64,000 bases of DNA from Solirubrobacter sp. GTDB lineage: Bacteria; Actinomycetota; Thermoleophilia; Solirubrobacterales; Solirubrobacteraceae. Positions 61,171-64,000 of the stretch are shown piece by piece; position 1 is the first letter of the stretch, and each line of letters starts with the position of its first letter. The translations under genes were made by a program, and so were the position numbers. The notes below the pieces were generated by a model, which ran no database searches, was not told the DNA's origin, and saw nothing but the letters and a program-made list of their open reading frames with translations. The stretch covers positions 61,442 through 125,441 of the forward strand of contig DATMGH010000067.1 in assembly GCA_035555675.1 (NCBI GenBank). Direction: 5' to 3'.

Positions 61171-61364
61171 TGCCCATCCGGCTCCGCGCCACCTCGCCGC
61201 GCCCGTCCACCCCGTCGCGCCCGTCCGCGCCGCCGCGCCCACCCGCGCCCCCGCGCCGGCCCGCGCCCCCGCGCCGGCCCGCGCCCCCGCCGCGCCCGGC
61301 CAACTCGCCGCACCCGCCCACCGCACGGTCGTCCCGCATCACCCCCAACCGGAGCAACCGCTGA
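61170..61364 (+). other. Pro/Arg-rich 64-codon bridge ORF / 194-bp insert flanked by CTGATGC direct repeats
   Basis: TGATG overlaps with both the yraN stop and the comM start; internal CCCGCGCC-type repeats. Confidence 0.55.
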
Positions 61365-62878
61365 TGCTCGCGCGCATCACCACCTTCACCGTCGACGGCG
61401 TCGACGCTCGCCGCGTCTGGGTCGAGGCCGACATCCGCCAAGGCCTGCCCGCGTTCACCGTCGTCGGCCTCGCCGACAAAGCCGTGCGCGAAGCCCGCGA
61501 GCGCGTCCGCGCGGCGATGGTGAACTCGGGGTACGAGTTCCCGCTGCGCCGGATCACGGTCAACCTCGCGCCGGCCTACCTGCGCAAAGTCGGTCCGGCG
61601 TTCGACCTCCCGCTCGCGGTCTCGCTGCTCGTCGCGTCCTACCAGCTCGACCCGGACCTGGTGGAGCAGTGCGCGTTCGTGGGCGAGCTGTCGCTGACCG
61701 GCGAGATCCGCCCGGTCCGGGGCGCGCTCGCGGTCGCGGAGGGCACGCACCGGGCGGAGCTCAAGCGCCTCGTGCTGCCGCGCTCACGGGCCCGCGAGGC
61801 CGCGCTGGTGACCGACCTCGAGATCATCGGCGTCGACTCGCTGCAGCAGCTCGTCGCCACGCTGCGCGGCAACGCCGAGCCTCCGCCGGTGCCGGCGGGC
61901 GAAGAGGACGCCGCCGAGCACGAGGCCGAGCTGTCGGACGTCCGCGGCCACAACGGGCTGATCCCAGGACTCGAGGTCGCCGCCGCCGGCGGGCACAACC
62001 TGTTCCTGCAGGGCCCGCCGGGCACCGGCAAGACGATGATCGCGCGCCGGCTGCCGTCGATCCTGCCGCCGCTCGCGCGCGACGAAGCGCTCGAAGTGAC
62101 CCGCATCCAGTCGATCGCCGGCCTCAAAGGCGCCGCCGGCCTCATCACCGCCCGCCCGTTCCGTGCGCCGCACCACACGATCTCCGCGGCCGGCCTGGTG
62201 GGCGGTTCCAACCCGCCGCAGCCGGGCGAAGCGACCCTGGCACACCGCGGCGTGCTCTTCCTCGACGAGCTGTCCGAGTTCGCGCGCCCCAGCCTGGAAG
62301 CGCTGCGCCAGCCGCTCGAGGACGGCCACGTCACGATCGTCCGCGGCCAGCAGGTCATGAGCTTCCCGACGCGCTTCATGCTCGTCGCCGCCTCGAACCC
62401 GTGTCCCTGCGGCCTCGGCGGCAACGCCTGCCAGTGCTCCCAGGCCGACCTGATGCGCCACCGCCGCCGTCTCTCCGGTCCGCTGCTGGACCGGATCGAC
62501 ATCCTGATGCGCGTCGAGCGCCCGCCCGCGGAGGCGCTGCGCCAGCAGGCTGCGCCCTCCTCGGCGAGCGTCCGCCAGCGCGTCATCGGCGCGCGCGAGC
62601 GCCAGTTGCACCGCCTCGCGGGCCAGCTGGAGGCCAGCAACGCCCAGCTGACCGCGCGCCAGATCCGCGAGGTCGGCCGCATCACGCCCAGCGCCCTGCG
62701 CCTGTTGGGCGAGCTCTACGACCGCCACACGCTCTCCGCCCGCGGCCATACGCGCACCCTGCGCGTCGCCCGCACCGTCGCCGACCTCGACGAGTCCGAG
62801 GTCGTCGGCCCGGAGCACGTGAGCGTCGCGGCGAGCCTGCGCTTCGACGACTCCCAGCGCCTCGCGGAGGCGGCATGA
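61364..62878 (+). CDS. comM: ComM/YifB-family AAA+ ATPase (Mg-chelatase-like)
   Basis: EARERVRAA..NSG, ITVNLAPA, GPPGTGKT, RPFRAPHH, GVLFLDEL, ASNPCPCG, SGPLLDRID. Confidence 0.95.
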   Translation: MLARITTFTVDGVDARRVWVEADIRQGLPAFTVVGLADKAVREARERVRAAMVNSGYEFPLRRITVNLAPAYLRKVGPAFDLPLAVSLLVASYQLDPDLVEQCAFVGELSLTGEIRPVRGALAVAEGTHRAELKRLVLPRSRAREAALVTDLEIIGVDSLQQLVATLRGNAEPPPVPAGEEDAAEHEAELSDVRGHNGLIPGLEVAAAGGHNLFLQGPPGTGKTMIARRLPSILPPLARDEALEVTRIQSIAGLKGAAGLITARPFRAPHHTISAAGLVGGSNPPQPGEATLAHRGVLFLDELSEFARPSLEALRQPLEDGHVTIVRGQQVMSFPTRFMLVAASNPCPCGLGGNACQCSQADLMRHRRRLSGPLLDRIDILMRVERPPAEALRQQAAPSSASVRQRVIGARERQLHRLAGQLEASNAQLTARQIREVGRITPSALRLLGELYDRHTLSARGHTRTLRVARTVADLDESEVVGPEHVSVAASLRFDDSQRLAEAA

Positions 62879-63945
62879 CCGCGTGCGACGACTGCCTGCG
62901 CCGGACGGACCTGATCGTCGCCCTCTCCGGCCGCCTCCAGATCGAGTTCAAGCGGCGCGACGCGCCCGGCCGCGTGCTCGCGCTCGCCGACCACGAGCTG
63001 CTGGAGCTCGGCACGGGCGACATCGTCCGCCGATTCGGCGCGTTCGACCCGTCGGCCGCCCGCGCTCGCGCCGCCGCCGCGCGGCTGGAGGCGATCTGCC
63101 GCTGCGACGCCGCCTACCCCGACCGCCTGCGTGACCTCGCCGACCCACCGGCGGTCCTGCACGTCCTCGGGGACCCGCGCGCGCTGACGGACGAGGACGC
63201 GGTCGCCGTGGTCGGCGCTCGCCGCGCGTCCTCCTACGGGCTCGAAGTCGCACGGGCGCTCGGCCGCGGCCTGTCGGCCGCGGGTGTCCCGGTCGTGTCC
63301 GGCCTCGCGCTGGGGATCGACTCCGCGGCTCACGCCGGAGCGCTCCAGGCGCCCGGCCGCACCGTCGCCGTGCTCGCCGGCAGCGCCCACGTCGCCTACC
63401 CCGCCCGCGGCCGCCTGCTGCACCGCGCCGTGGCCGAACAGGGCGCGGTGGTCTCCGAGTTCCCGCCTGGCGCGCCCGTGCAGCGCTGGTGCTTCGTCGC
63501 CCGCAACCGGATCATCGCCGCCCTCGGCGCCGCGACGATCGTCGTCTAGGCCACGGAGCGCTCAGGCTCGTTGACGACGGCGGACTTCGCGGCGGAGCTC
63601 GGTCGTGCCGTCGGCGCCGTTCCCGGCCCGGTGACGACTCGCCTGTCGGACGGCACGCACGAGCTGATCCACGCAGGTGCGCCGCTGATCCGCGACGCCG
63701 GCGACGCGCTCGAGCTGCTGGCCGGCGCCACCGGCCATGTGCGGGAGCCGGCGCCGGCCGTCCCGATCGCGCTCGCGCCACCGCTGCGCCGCCTGCTGGA
63801 CGCGGTCGAGGACGGCTGCGGATCGATCACGGAGCTGGCCGAGACCGCGGACGACGCACGCGTCGCACTCGCGGGGCTGGGGGAGCTGGAGCGGCGCGGG
63901 TTGATTCGCCGCGGGTTCGCCGGCCGCTGGGAGCGGACGGCGTGA
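62875..63945 (+). pseudogene. dprA: DNA-processing protein DprA interrupted by an in-frame TAG at 63547-63549
   Basis: VAVVGAR.AS.YG, VVSGLALGID.AAH, SEFPPG, RNRII, then IVV*ATERSGSLTTA where the family has VVEA..SGSL.TA; the frame continues to TGA 63943-63945. Confidence 0.9.
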
Positions 63946-63947
63946 CC

Positions 63948-64000
63948 CTACGGCAGCACCCAGGTGTCCTTCGCACCGCCGTTCTGCGACGAGTTGACGA
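63948..64000 (-). CDS. C-terminal fragment of a circularly permuted type 2 ATP-grasp protein (runs off the window)
   Basis: Minus strand reads VNSSQNGGAKDTWVLP*, matching the VNSSQGGGSKDTWV terminal motif of that family. Confidence 0.8.
   Translation of the reverse strand, partial: VNSSQNGGAKDTWVLP

Noticed and set aside
1248-62818. Many long alternative-frame and antisense ORFs in the track (e.g. 6640-9252, 27415-28875, 42854-45841, 45176-48418)
   Set aside because: They are Arg/Gly/Pro/Ala-rich shadows of real genes, expected in very GC-rich DNA, and carry no family motifs.
63547-63549. Programmed amber recoding (pyrrolysine) in dprA
   Set aside because: The position is a conserved Glu one substitution from TAG, and no pyl machinery is visible. 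A nonsense mutation or sequencing error is simpler.
1-64000. Prophage, IS element, integron, tRNA or rRNA genes
   Set aside because: No transposase, integrase, phage structural gene, cloverleaf or rRNA-like sequence was recognised.

Overview
A very GC-rich chromosomal window, most likely from an actinomycete of the Thermoleophilia/Solirubrobacterales type. This taxon call is an inference from protein style and gene order; no search was run. The window is mostly core genome: fmt-rsmB-rpe, ribD-ribE-ribBA-ribH, rpmB-DAK2-recG, rsmD-coaD-sepIVA-like, yceD-rpmF-plsX-acpP-rnc-smc-ftsY, ffh-rpsP-khpA-rimM-trmD-rplS-lepB-rnhB and yraN-comM-dprA. Interspersed are a cell-surface glycosylation locus (three GT-C-like membrane proteins, a GT2, a SAM methyltransferase and a flippase), two ABC exporters, a Ser/Thr kinase and several hypothetical genes. 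I saw no tRNA, rRNA, transposase, integrase, riboswitch or true CRISPR array. The most unusual observations are: (1) a composite non-coding element made of a G6-TG...CA-C6 palindrome plus a 71-bp hairpin unit, present at 38.0 kb (one partial unit) and in the opposite orientation at 60.1-60.6 kb (about 5.5 tandem units); (2) several housekeeping genes (plsX, rnc, probably rnhB and rimM) whose conserved N-termini lie upstream of the first canonical start codon, with rnc exactly in frame behind the acpP UGA; (3) an RNase III lacking two of its four catalytic acidic residues; (4) three palindromic operators phased 22 bp apart between a TetR gene and a micro-ORF upstream of ffh; (5) an Fmt-HEAT-repeat fusion; (6) a nonsense codon in dprA and a Pro/Arg-rich bridge ORF that preserves yraN-comM coupling; (7) very compact bidirectional leaderless promoters.
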